A stretch of 64,000 nt of DNA, taken from assembly GCA_030248215.1 (NCBI GenBank), contig JASANG010000864.1, forward strand, positions 248,001 through 312,000, read 5' to 3'. Positions 25,359-37,300 of this stretch are shown here, piece by piece. The translations under genes were made by a program, and so were the position numbers. Every line of letters begins with the position of its first letter. The stretch's first letter is position 1. Below the pieces are notes generated by a model that saw only the letters and a program-made list of their open reading frames with translations, was not told the origin of the DNA and did no database searches. This DNA is from Enoplolaimus lenunculus. Lineage: Eukaryota.

Positions 25359-28300
25359 GTAACAACAGCAATAATAATAATAATAATGATTTGTCAAAAG
25401 TAATTTAGAATATTGTGTATACATATTCGTTCAAGCAGTTACGAAAGTGTGTATGTACTGCCCCTGCAATTTCTTGCCAAGCTATAAGTTAGTCGCATTA
25501 AGAGTTTCAGGGGGCCGGGGGCAGATTCAGTTTTTAATTTACAGTTTTTATTTTTGTGTAATTTCAGCAGACGCAAACTCATTCTTGTACACATGTCAAG
25601 GTGAAAGTATTGAAGTTGAGGGAATTGACGATTTAGCAGATTTCAGGGAAACGTGCAAAGCGTTCACTTCATTAGGTGCGTTGACTTTTCGAATTCTTCA
25701 GCACGTGTAGAGTTAAGTAGACATGGATTTTGAATTTGGTTTTATGAGGTCTGTTGCATAAACGCAATCGCGTTTAGTTATACGTATTACATGGGTAGGG
25801 AGTAACGTGTAACGAACGTGTGAGTAAAAATGTTCTGTAACGTTAGTATGATTGTCAGGATATTGTGGTTTGTTAACAATAATAAATTAGAATTGGCTTT
25901 CAGCCAGCAATCACAACACGAACCGGCACACTTGAATTTGGCAGTGATGGTTACCCTAAAACATTCAGTTTGATATAGGTTTGAAGTCTAAGCCACATTG
26001 GAAATACATGTCATATATGTTCATAACTGTTTGTGATTATTGTATATTTTTAGGATTTTTGCCAGAAGAACGTCATTTTGTGTGGAAAATTTTGGCTGGA
26101 ATTTTACATCTTGGCAACATTGGATTCGTCGCTACTGGAGATGATTCGTGTTGCTTTGATGTGTGTATTCTTAGCATATAAGTTTTGCAACTATACATGG
26201 GCGTATCGCGTATAATACGCATTGGAAGTTGGAATTAAATTAAGTTATAGTGCATAATTCAGACATAAGTTTTCGCAAATTGTATTGTATTTTAGCAGAT
26301 TTTTGATTGTTTCAGAGTTTAAAAGTGGCGGATATCAATTTTCTATCTAATTTAAAGGCGTTGCAAATCCAGTTTCTATAATTCAGTTTGTGTAAATATA
26401 ATTTCAAACCTGGTCCTTTGCTGTACTAAATTGCAGTATAATATATGACAGCGTATGTCTAATATGTTGCCGATTTGCTAACCTGGTGTTTTAGTCACAA
26501 AGTACACCATCGCTGAAGCTTGTTTGTAAATTGTGGAAAATTGATCAACGTGAACTAGAAAAATGGGTCCTCAACCGTGCTATTACAACACCATCAGGAA
26601 CGATTGTGAAACCTTTAACTGCTAGTCAAGTAAGTTCCCAGTGGTGGACCGATAATGTTATTGTATTTTAGGAAAATCAGTCCGCAAAAACGTAAGAGTG
26701 TAGCTGCCCTTAAAAATCTAGCGAAGCGCCAATGCCTTAATGTTGTTAAAATAAAATGTACCGCTCTTGAAGAATTATCTAACTGAGTATTTAACTATAT
26801 TTCAGATTGTAGTTGAGAAGGAAAAGTTAAAAAATTATTATTTAAACAAATATTTTGTAAACTCATGACCGAAGCTTAGACCAGTGCGGAAACGAAACGG
26901 CAAACTTTTTGTTTCGATTAACGTGCGCAGAATTACGCGATTTAAAAATATTGCTATTTTTGAAACTAACCGGACAAAAAAGATGTTTTAAATTTTAGGC
27001 GTTTTCGGGCCGCGACGCACTAGCGAAGCGTATTTACTCGTGTGTATTTATGTGGATTGTTGATCGTGTCAATCGGTCATTGAAATCTATTGAAACAACT
27101 GAACGATTTATCGGAGTTTTAGACATATACGGGTACGTTGAAGCTTTGGCGATCAACTACTAGTATATACGTCTGGAATTGCTCAGGCGTAGTCGCTGGT
27201 TGACAGTTTTAATACTTTCATTGGTTTGTTTTTGCGCACGAGGCCGCGGGTGCTGCAGTCGTTCAAATCTTTGCCAAAAGACGTGGCACAGAGGAAGATT
27301 CTGAAACATGTCCTGTAGTATTCTTTTTGTTTCTACAGTAATTGCGGTCTGACGTTAGTTAAATTCTGTTTATTGTGCATAATGTGGGCGCTCGTATAAA
27401 CCATGTTATGAACACGAACACTCTGTGGGTGAAAGCGATAACGTGTCTGAGACTAAAATTAGATTGTGAAAAATGTAACACCGGAATTTTTAAATCCGGT
27501 AAAAATTTACCGGAACCGGAAGGTGAAAAAATGCCGGAACCGGAATTCCGGTTGCACCCTGCATTGTACACGTACTAACAGAGGCGTAGCTACTGTCGGG
27601 ATTTCTTTTCCGAAGGTTATAACATCTTGTGAAAGATTTTTCAAGCGAATGTCGCAAGCGAGCAGAATTTTCTAGCTCTAAATCCAGAGCGTTATTTTGG
27701 ACCCTGTTAACCTTGGGCGATACGTATATTCCTTATCTTGTCTCAACAATCTAGACTGCTCACGTTTGATCAACTTGCATGCGGTTTGTGGCATATTGGT
27801 TGCAGGATTTTTCCGCATTGGGGGCTGTGTTTTTGTAACTCGGTTATGATTTTTTATTTTCCATTTTTGCTTCTGAAATTTTTGGAAGATGTAATCCAGA
27901 ATAAACCTTGTGTGGCTAATATTTGTACATTATTACATAATGCAATTTTGAGAGTGTTTACCGTCGTACTCTCCACGTAGTGGGTAGCGGATTTTTGAAT
28001 CCTTGTTGGATTTTGTTATCCGACAGGGTACTTTTGATATAAAATGGAATGCTATGCGTAGAAGGTACAGTTTGCGACACGAATATAAACTTCAGGAATG
28101 TGCACTAACCTTGGCTAAAATATGCTGGTTTTCGGCATGGGCGTAGTCAGGATTTCATAATGAAGAGATTACGTCCCGTAAAATTTTCGACGGACGGTTC
28201 GTGTGTTGAGAACTGAAACGGGGGGTTGACACCTGAATCTCGCCTGGCCACGCCCTTGGTTTGCTTTTTTAGGTTCGAAACATTCGACGTAAACAGTTTT

Positions 28301-31300
28301 GAGCAATTTTGTATCAATTATGCGAACGAAAAGCTACAGCAGCAGTTTAATCAGGTACCGAGGGTTGATTTCATTTGTTGACTATTATATGCAAATGTGA
28401 CACACGATAGTTAAGTTGAAATAAGTTGTGCGTGTGCGAGGTCTTTTTAGTCAATTTGAAGTTATTGGTTTCGTGCAGGGGTGAATAATGCACCTGTGGT
28501 ACGCCTGGATAGTGGAATACTATGTTAATATATTTGAGTAGGTCACAAATATTTTCTGGACGCATGTATATTGTTTGCCTATTGCAGATTAATTTTTCAG
28601 CAAGGATGTCATATAATTTCAGCACGTTTTCAAACTCGAACAAGAAGAGTATATGCGCGAAGATATTAAATGGTCATTCATTGATTTTTATGATAACCAG
28701 CCGTGTATTGATTTAATTGAAGCGAAACTGGGCATTCTCGATTTGTTAGACGAAGAATGCAAAGTAAGGAATTTTAACTTTTTCATTTTAAGAATTTTGT
28801 TGTTTGCTGGAACTGGCGGCATAAATGACCGTGAAACACAAACATCTGAAGTTATTCTAATCGACTTCTGACATAGATTGTGTCTATACGACACCGCCCA
28901 GATTATAACAGCGTTCTTAATGCTTGTCATATGTATGTACTTATTTGTTTTTCTGAGCTTGATTTTTGAGTGATACGGAACACGTCTGATTTTGAAAATA
29001 AGGTACTGATTGATAATATATTTGCGTGCGGTGGCCAGGGAAATAGCGTCTTAGTGTTTTTTGGCGACTTTCCGATTCTGCCTCCGCTCTTCAAAAACCT
29101 GCATCCAGCATTTCAGTCTCCCATGTATTTGCGCATCGGGCTGTAATTACAATATGCGACATAGAATCTGTTATCTTTTTGTATTTTCTCAGCTCTTCAA
29201 ATGTCTCTATTTCAGTTTCTACGCTCAACTGATCGAACATTTTTCGACAAACTAATCGAGCACTATGGCGCAGGTGACTCGGGCCCAGCGCGTCATTTTG
29301 TTCCCCCTCGTATCGCCGGGCGGTCGACATTTGTGATCGTGCATTTTGCGAGCGATGTCATTTATTCGATTGATGGTTTTTTGGATAAAAACAAAGATTT
29401 AATAAATGAATCGTTGCTTGGCGTTATTCGAGAGTCAAAGGTAAGTGGAAAGTGTTTAGACTGCGTTTGGTCTGGTAAAGGAGGTTTATCGATCAGCTGG
29501 ATTGCATAGTGAATAGTTTTGTCGGTATTATAGTTTTGGATTATTCTGTTTATCTGTCTGTAAGTTAGGAGATGCTTGCCCTGTTTACTAGTATTTGAAT
29601 TTGACGACAAACAGGTTTTTAACCGCTGGCAGAAATTTGGAGCCCTCGAGATTATATTAATCTTTATCTCAACCCTTATTCAATTGTTGATTTTATAGCA
29701 TGTAATATGTTACAAATTTGTATGCATAAGTGCATGTACGTACGTCATGTGAAATTAATATATTGAACATTAAGTTAGACGCCTTCATTTAAGGTCTGTA
29801 AATCAAGTTGTTTGGCATGAAATTAGATGACATTTAAATTTAACCAGCATTTGGGGTATCTTAAAAATGTTGTATGTGTTGCTATGTTTAACAAAGTGTT
29901 TTAGCTTGAAATGCTCAAGGAAATCATCGAGTTGTCTGAAATCGTAAAAAATTCGGATGCTTCCGGAGCTCCGACAACGGCAGCTGGACTGGCCGGTCGG
30001 GCACGTGCTCTTGCTGCTGGACGCTTAAATGCTGGATCTGCATCGTCGTCGCTGCAACAATCGAAGATTCAACAAGCGAACAAAAAATCGGTTGGGTTAA
30101 AGGTTAGCAGGAAAGGTGGAGTATAGCGAGCGGGGCGGAGGTTCGCTGTTAGCTTTTGTAATCGTAGCAATTGTTAATGCTCAAAGTGGATGATCATTCC
30201 ATCCATTATTGTTCATGTTAAGTAGATTTAATTGAAATTTAAAGCGTTCGGAGATATTGCGAAACTAGAACTACAGCATACAAGTTTTTCAAACTATTTT
30301 GTAGTTTCATTGAAATTATGTCGTGAAATCAAACTTTCAGTTCAAAGAGTCATTGCGTGCGCTTATGGATGTACTGAACGCAACAACGCCTCATTATGTT
30401 CGATGCATTAAACCAAACGATTCAAAAAGCCCTTTTTTGTTCGATGATAAACGCGCGATACAGCAATTAAGGGCGTGTGGTGTACTGGAGACAATACGTG
30501 TTTCGGCTGCTGGCTACCCTTCAAGGTAGTAGTAGCTGTTTATTTGCACCGAATTTACCGCATCACGAATATTATGCACAAAATATCATAGTCAAATAAT
30601 TGCATCACACTTTCCTTGCTCTATACATTTAATATAACTCGTTTTCTAGAGACCAGTGCAACACCGTTATAACCACCAAAAATTACCTCGAACTCTTTTA
30701 CTCACAAAATTGAGAAAGCTTTTTTCAAAGCTATAATCACACGTTTCTTAAAATATGGTATCGTCTGTAATTTTTTTGCTTTTTCCCTACCCTTAAGATA
30801 TTCTAATCGAGTTTGCCCAATTGCCCGTTGTGCAATCTGAGTAATAAGATTGAAAACGTGTACTGCCTTTATAGTTCCTTTGGAAATTCCAAACATTAGA
30901 TCGTGATGTAAAATTTCCGTTTTCCCGTCAATCTTTGTAAACATGGCGTCAAAAACTCCCACAAATCTTGGGCCCTTATACATTGTAACATTACATGTTT
31001 AATATCTTCTTTTAAAAAGTGATCATGGTCTCTACAAAACACGCATTCCGCGCTTATTCCTTTATATTTTGACTCTCTATCGGCTGTGGCTAAACCTTTA
31101 TGAACCGCCATAAAATGTATATGTCTGGAATAACCGTCCACAAACTTTGTCTTAAAAGCTGGGATTGTTACTTGAATCGTAAACTTCTCTGATACTCCAA
31201 ACTCTTTATTCCAATACAATTGCATTCTTTTACATCCGTCTTTATTTTCTTTTACCATTTTTATCTCTACTATGTCGGAAAGACTTGCTGTTTTTAAAAT

Positions 31301-34300
31301 AAATGTTTTCCTAACACACTTACTCGATACTGATCAATGCGATAGAATTAATACGATTTGCATGCCATACACAAATGTGTATACAAAAACTGGAATGCCC
31401 GGGTTTTGCAAAACCCACTGCATATTATTGATATGCGGCATTATAACCTCTAGATAGTGGTCAAAACTTTCGTGCCATCTTAACGATTCAGTAGTTCGCC
31501 ACCGGTTAATAATTGTAAAAATTCGTTGCCCTTCTATCCGAGCTTTGATATCCGGTAAATTTATGCCTCCAATCTTTTTGGGAGCCGTAGTGTTTGTTTA
31601 GAGAGTAGATTAATTTGCTTGGATACCATAAATATCGGTCCATTGCTCTCTATTCTCCTTAAAAATCACTTTCCGGCCACCAAATAAAAGTATAATGCCA
31701 CAAAATAGACAAAAAGTATGTATTAAGTAAATAAACTTTACCATACAAGGAAATTTCTAACGGTGCTTTCGAACCTTCTTAAGTTGTTATTGTTGCTTGA
31801 GGTTTCTGCAGCATCTCCTTATTCTGCTCTTTTCCAAAAAACACCCAAAAAATTTTATAGTATCTTGTATCCATTGCCTATAAACTACGGGGATTTGAAA
31901 ATTTTCAGCTGGTCCTAATAGAAGAATTTTAGATTTTTCTGGTCTTAATCAAGATCCGGAAGCCTTTATGAAACTATCACAACATCTTAAAGCTCTATCC
32001 ATACTTTCAAATTCTTTTACCGGAATTGTAGTATCATCAGCATATTTAATAATTTTCACCTCACTTTCTTTTAAAAGAATTCCCTTAATTCAGCTATCAT
32101 TTCAAATTGCATCAGCCAGAGGTTCTGTGGTTATGGTATATAGCATTGGGGATAGGGGACACCCCTGCCTTAAACCTCTAGTAATTTTCACTGGGATTGA
32201 AATTAACCCATTTATCACTGCTTGATGTTACTATACCCTCTTGATAGATACATTTCAACCACTTAATAAAGAAGTCACCTAAGCCAACATTTTGTAGACT
32301 GAAATAAAAAACCCATTCAATGTAATCAAACGCAAACGCATGATGTACACTGGTTAAAATACCTGCGTTGCCGTGGATATTACACTCCTCAATTAAACTC
32401 ATCGTACATAAAATTGCATCTCTTATATCTGGTTGCAAAACGGAGCACGTTTGATCCGGATGTACATTGGTCTTCATGTGACATCTTAACCTTCTAGCCA
32501 GTATGGATGTAAGTATTTTATAATCAACATTCATACTCTTTGTTAAATGTCCCTTATGAAAACAAGAATAGGAGCTATTTGCATTGAGAACCTCTTGTAA
32601 AATTCTGCAGTTAGTCCGTTTGAGCCGGGAGATTTATTTGTTTTTAAATCAGAAATGGCCTTTTGTATTTCAGAAACGGTGAAATCTGAGTTAAGAAAAG
32701 AGGTTTCGGTTGAACTTAACTTCCGATGTGTCTGGCTTAAAAATTGTTCGGCTAAGTTATTATCAATTTTCTCGGCCTTATAGAGGGAAGCGTAATGTTT
32801 ACAAACTTCAGCTATGATATCGTGATTCGTTGTATATATCCCCTTTTTCTGAAATTACCCTATGCATTATCTTTTCGCTAATCGACTTCGCTTTTATTTT
32901 CTTAGCAGTAATTAAAGAAATTTTATCAGAAGCCAAGTTATGAAATCTGCTCTTAACTAAAATATTAGACTTTTTCTTTCTTAATGAGGCTAATTTCAAA
33001 TTCCGTATTATCTAACTGTTGATTCATAGCTGTATTTTGTAACGTCACTTTTTGTCTCAGATGCTCCAATTTTTTTATTCAGGCTAAGCCACCTATTAAG
33101 AAGTTGTGCATTCTTTTCTATCTCTAGAAAGGGTAACACTATGCGTAAATTTGCTTTAAAGTTTTCCCATTTTTTAGTATACCATCACTGTTATCAAAAG
33201 TTTCAGAAATATTCAATTTGTCAGAAACAGTCCTATCTACCTCCTCATTTAATAAAAGATCATCACGTAATTTCTAGTACGATCGTCCCGTGAAGCGGTT
33301 TACTTCCGCCATATCAAAGCGAATGTAAAAAATATCATGGTCTGCAAAAGATATTATCTTTTTCCTGCCTGTTGTCACCCGTTTTAGCCAATCGGTCGAA
33401 ACGTAAGTTCTATCTAGCCTGACCGATGTATTATAAACCTTAGACGTGAAAGTGTAGAAATTTTTTTTCCTTTGGGTGTAAAAATCTTAACGCATCTTCA
33501 ACTAATAGGGTTTCTTTCATTGATAGGAATTGAGACAAACCATACTCTCGAAAATGATTGGTATTTGACCTATCTTTTTTGGGTTCTTCAACTATATTAA
33601 AATCCCCTACTATCACGTATTTGACATGTTTAAAATTTTTTCTGGTAATAAAGTCTTTACTTTTCATAAAAATTCCATCTAAGTGCATGGTTACCTGGGG
33701 CATATACTCAAACAATTACTACTTGATATGATTGCAATTCTAGGATTACAAGGGCGGCTCTTCCTGGAATTAATTCTTCGAAAATGTTGACTTGCACGGG
33801 GAAAATATAATTCAATAAAAGCGAGAGTCCCGCCTTTTCTCTGTGCTATACGAATGGAAAATTCTGAAATTCACCCCAAAAATCTGGTTAAAATTTGCCA
33901 CTTGGGCATCATTCTTGAAGTATGTTTCTTGCAGGGTGCAACCGGAATTACAATTTACCGGAACCGGAACCCGAATTTGAAAATTTTACCGGAACCGGAA
34001 CCGGAAAGTGAAAAATGCATTTCACCAAAAATTTCATTTTAATCTTATTTTTTGCTCTATTATTTGTGAAATAACCTTAGTCGAACATAGGTATTCATTT
34101 TATTTGTTGTATTTTGGATTTTCATCATCGACTGAAGTGAAATCCACCATCAATGGCTTATATTCGGAGTACAAGTGGCTTTCAAGAGAGATTCTTAAAA
34201 ATTAGCAAAGTTAAGAAAACGGCCAAATTATAATACCGGAATTTTTAAATCCGGTAAAAATTTACCGGAACCGGAACCGGAAGGTGAAAAAATGCCGGAA

Positions 34301-37300
34301 CCGGAATTCCGGTTGCACCCTGGTTTCTTGTATGCAAATTATTTGCATCGAAACAATCTTACTTAGTAATATTTCGTATTTCCAGTTTTGCTTCTTTAAA
34401 CCATTCGCATTGATTGTTGCCAAAGCAACCGTCATAGCACTTGTATAGAGACACAAATCATAACAATAAAATATTAACACCTAAAAAAACCGTGCGTATT
34501 TCATTTTCTTTATGCATCGCCCTTAATTTTATTAAGTTTTCTTTCTTTTCTCGTTTTCTATTCACCGATAAATCACACACACCTTGTCGTTTCTGCGGGC
34601 CCGGACTCGCCGTATGCTTGCCATAATCCGCTAACGAAGTAGCCCGTTTCCCTGCAAAATTCAAATCGCGACGACTTTTCCGACTTAAAATACCTCGTAA
34701 ATATGTGAGTAAGCATCCCATACCATTTTTCCCTGGATAATTGTTGTGGTCATTTATAATTCTGCTATCTTGAGGCCCATAGGCACAACCCCAAAAAGGT
34801 TCCTTACTTGCTTCCACAAGTAAGGAGCCACCTGTATCAGTCAATAAACTGTGCAACCTTTCATTTTGGGTGTATTTAGCATAATTTGCTGTCAATAAGA
34901 AATCCACAGCGAAATCGTTCCAGACTAAATTCTCCGCAAAGAGTAACCGTTCCCCATGTTTTTTATCTCGACAGGATCACTCATAGCTTTAAGTTCTGCC
35001 GCATCCTGTAGTAAACCCATAAAAACCACCTTGTTCACAAACAAAAATTGTTCATTACAAATATATTCAATGTTATCCTCTATAATCGGACAAACGTAGT
35101 GATTGGAAAACTCTGGGTAGCTTGTGCCCTTACTATAGAAATGCAAAGCCTTAAGGTTGAGTAGAAATCGAAAATTGTTTGTATACAGGGTTTGATGTTG
35201 GACCAAACTAGTTTGGGCCCGTAGCTTTACTTAGTATAAAGACAGGCTATTTTACGTGTATTTGCTGTTTAACAATGTGTTCTAGCTTTTGGCTGCGTAA
35301 ATTTTGCGCAGGGGACTATTGTTTTCCAACGGAAGTGGCAAGCAAGTAAAATAAGTTAATTACAGAAGATGCATGACTTATTTCAGAATTCAGCTTACCG
35401 AAATTTTTTGACACAGCGCAAATATCGACGATGATTACCGTGATATCGGAGCGAAATTTTTTATTGGCTAAAAGTTTTTACTTTAGAACAACTTACGGTA
35501 ATTTTGTTGATCGCTATTGGGTTCTGGTTCCAAAGAAACAGTTAGCAAGAAACGATCTGCGATTGACTGCGGAAAAAATTTGTGCTAAAGCACTTGAGGT
35601 ATGCAGCACAAACACTGAGATTTGGTGTAATAAAGTTTCTGAAGTTTCAAGCTTTTCCTGGCAATGTTGCAGATTTTTATTGCAATATTGCAGATTCAAA
35701 TTTTATAACTCAAATTTTAAATCTATTATTGAACTCGGTGTTTGAGCATTATTTGTTAATGGGTGAGTGTTTTGTTTTGAACGACTCTTTTAATTGTAGT
35801 TAGATACGGCGTTATCTTTATTTGGAATTTATCGTAGGAATTATAAATATAAATTTAGCAAAATGTGTTTCATTGCCTTGCACTGAAACTGAAACCTTAG
35901 TGTATAAGTTGTAGGATCGAAGTATGTACGAGTTTGGCAAAACGAAAATTTTCTTCCGAACCGGGCAGATTGCGACCCTGGAACGTATTCGAAGTGATAC
36001 ACTGCGGGATTGTGCAATTGTTATTCAAACACAAGTTCGTGGTTGGCTTGCACGTGTTAGATATGCACGCATGCGCGAAGCGTTGCTGCTTATGCAGCGT
36101 TCTATGCGAGCATATATGGTATGGAGGTGAGTTTTCCTATTTATTAGTTGGTTTTTATTTGTTGGTTAATTAATCATAGTGGTTTCAAAGTTGAGTAATT
36201 GCGATTTATATTTGCTAATGGGTTGCATAAAAGACTTAGTCAACATGATGGCAATATTTGCAACGCTAAACCACATATTGTTCGCAAAATTTCTGGATAC
36301 TGCGCAAGTTGCTTTCGTTATGATTAAGTACACAAAAACAGAAACAGTTCCCTAATTATGTGGCAGGTGTTCCGGATTTATTAATAGAAATATTGTTAAG
36401 CCAACGGATAAACTGTAGTTTTCATGGATTATTTTTAATGTGTGTATTTAGGCGGATGCATTTTGTTCGTATTCACCGTGCTGCGATTACACTACAAGCG
36501 TATTATCGAATGTTTCGAGAGCGTAAGAGATACGTTGCATTACGTGATTTTGTTGTCCAACTGCAAGCTCAATGTCGTGCACGACTGGTGCGTGATTACA
36601 TGTCGAAGGTAAGGTTGAATTTGAATGCCAGTATTGTCATGTCAAACAGTTCAGTATGTAGAATATAGGTTGCGCTATACTTGCTGTGTGAGAAATTGAA
36701 CCCGGTGATGGATGTGGGCATTTGAAAATATTTTGAATTATTAGTTTCGGTAAATTGAAAATGTAATGCGAACACAAAACTCATTGAAATATGGTATCAA
36801 ATCCTAGAGTATCTGTCCAATAAATTTTTTACAAACACCTGAATAATTGTGGAATTTCGTTTTTGCCAACCAATTCAACGCAACTCGAGACTGAGATTAT
36901 TGAAAAACGTCTGTATTAATAGATACAATATCATCGCAAAGCAATAATCATACAACGTTATTTTCGAGCGTATCTCGCTCGACAAATATTCTTGCGCAAA
37001 CGGCGTGCAGTGGTGCTGTTGCAGTCGTGTGTTCGACGGATGATCGCAAAACGCAAATTGCGAGAGCTCAAGGTATGGGTAGCTAGTGTAGCATATTTAT
37101 AGATTCGATTGCATCGTAAAATTTATTAATGGAAGGAATTCGTTGAAAGAAGAAAGTTATTGCTGAAAAGAGAATATTTGCGATTTGTCGTTTCGTTTTT
37201 TTGCCAACTTAACGAAAAATTGCTATCTTGAATTTATTTTTCTATAGACGTTAAGACCTATAACTATTTATTGTTAGGCGCTACACACAGTTGAGAATAC

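Larger units (their letters stand above)
30621..35230 (-). mobile_element. Decayed, 5'-truncated L1/Tx1-type non-LTR retrotransposon in myosin intron 17 (NADAR-containing ORF1 followed by APE-RT-CCHC ORF2)
   Basis: Minus-strand motifs appear in order: NADAR domain (35206-34458); APE endonuclease [13 protein letters not shown]...[63 protein letters not shown]...[33 protein letters not shown]-terminal CVFC...[10 protein letters not shown] zinc finger. Multiple frameshifts and stops. Confidence 0.92.

Noticed and set aside
27359..27675. ORFs with PEPE/RNRN peptides (also 33854-34042, 48090-48281, 60426-60641)
   Set aside because: They are translations of (CCGGAA)n-type MITE subterminal repeats.
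30546..35480. Target-site duplication and poly(A) tail for the LINE
   Set aside because: None could be identified by eye, so the element boundaries are approximate.
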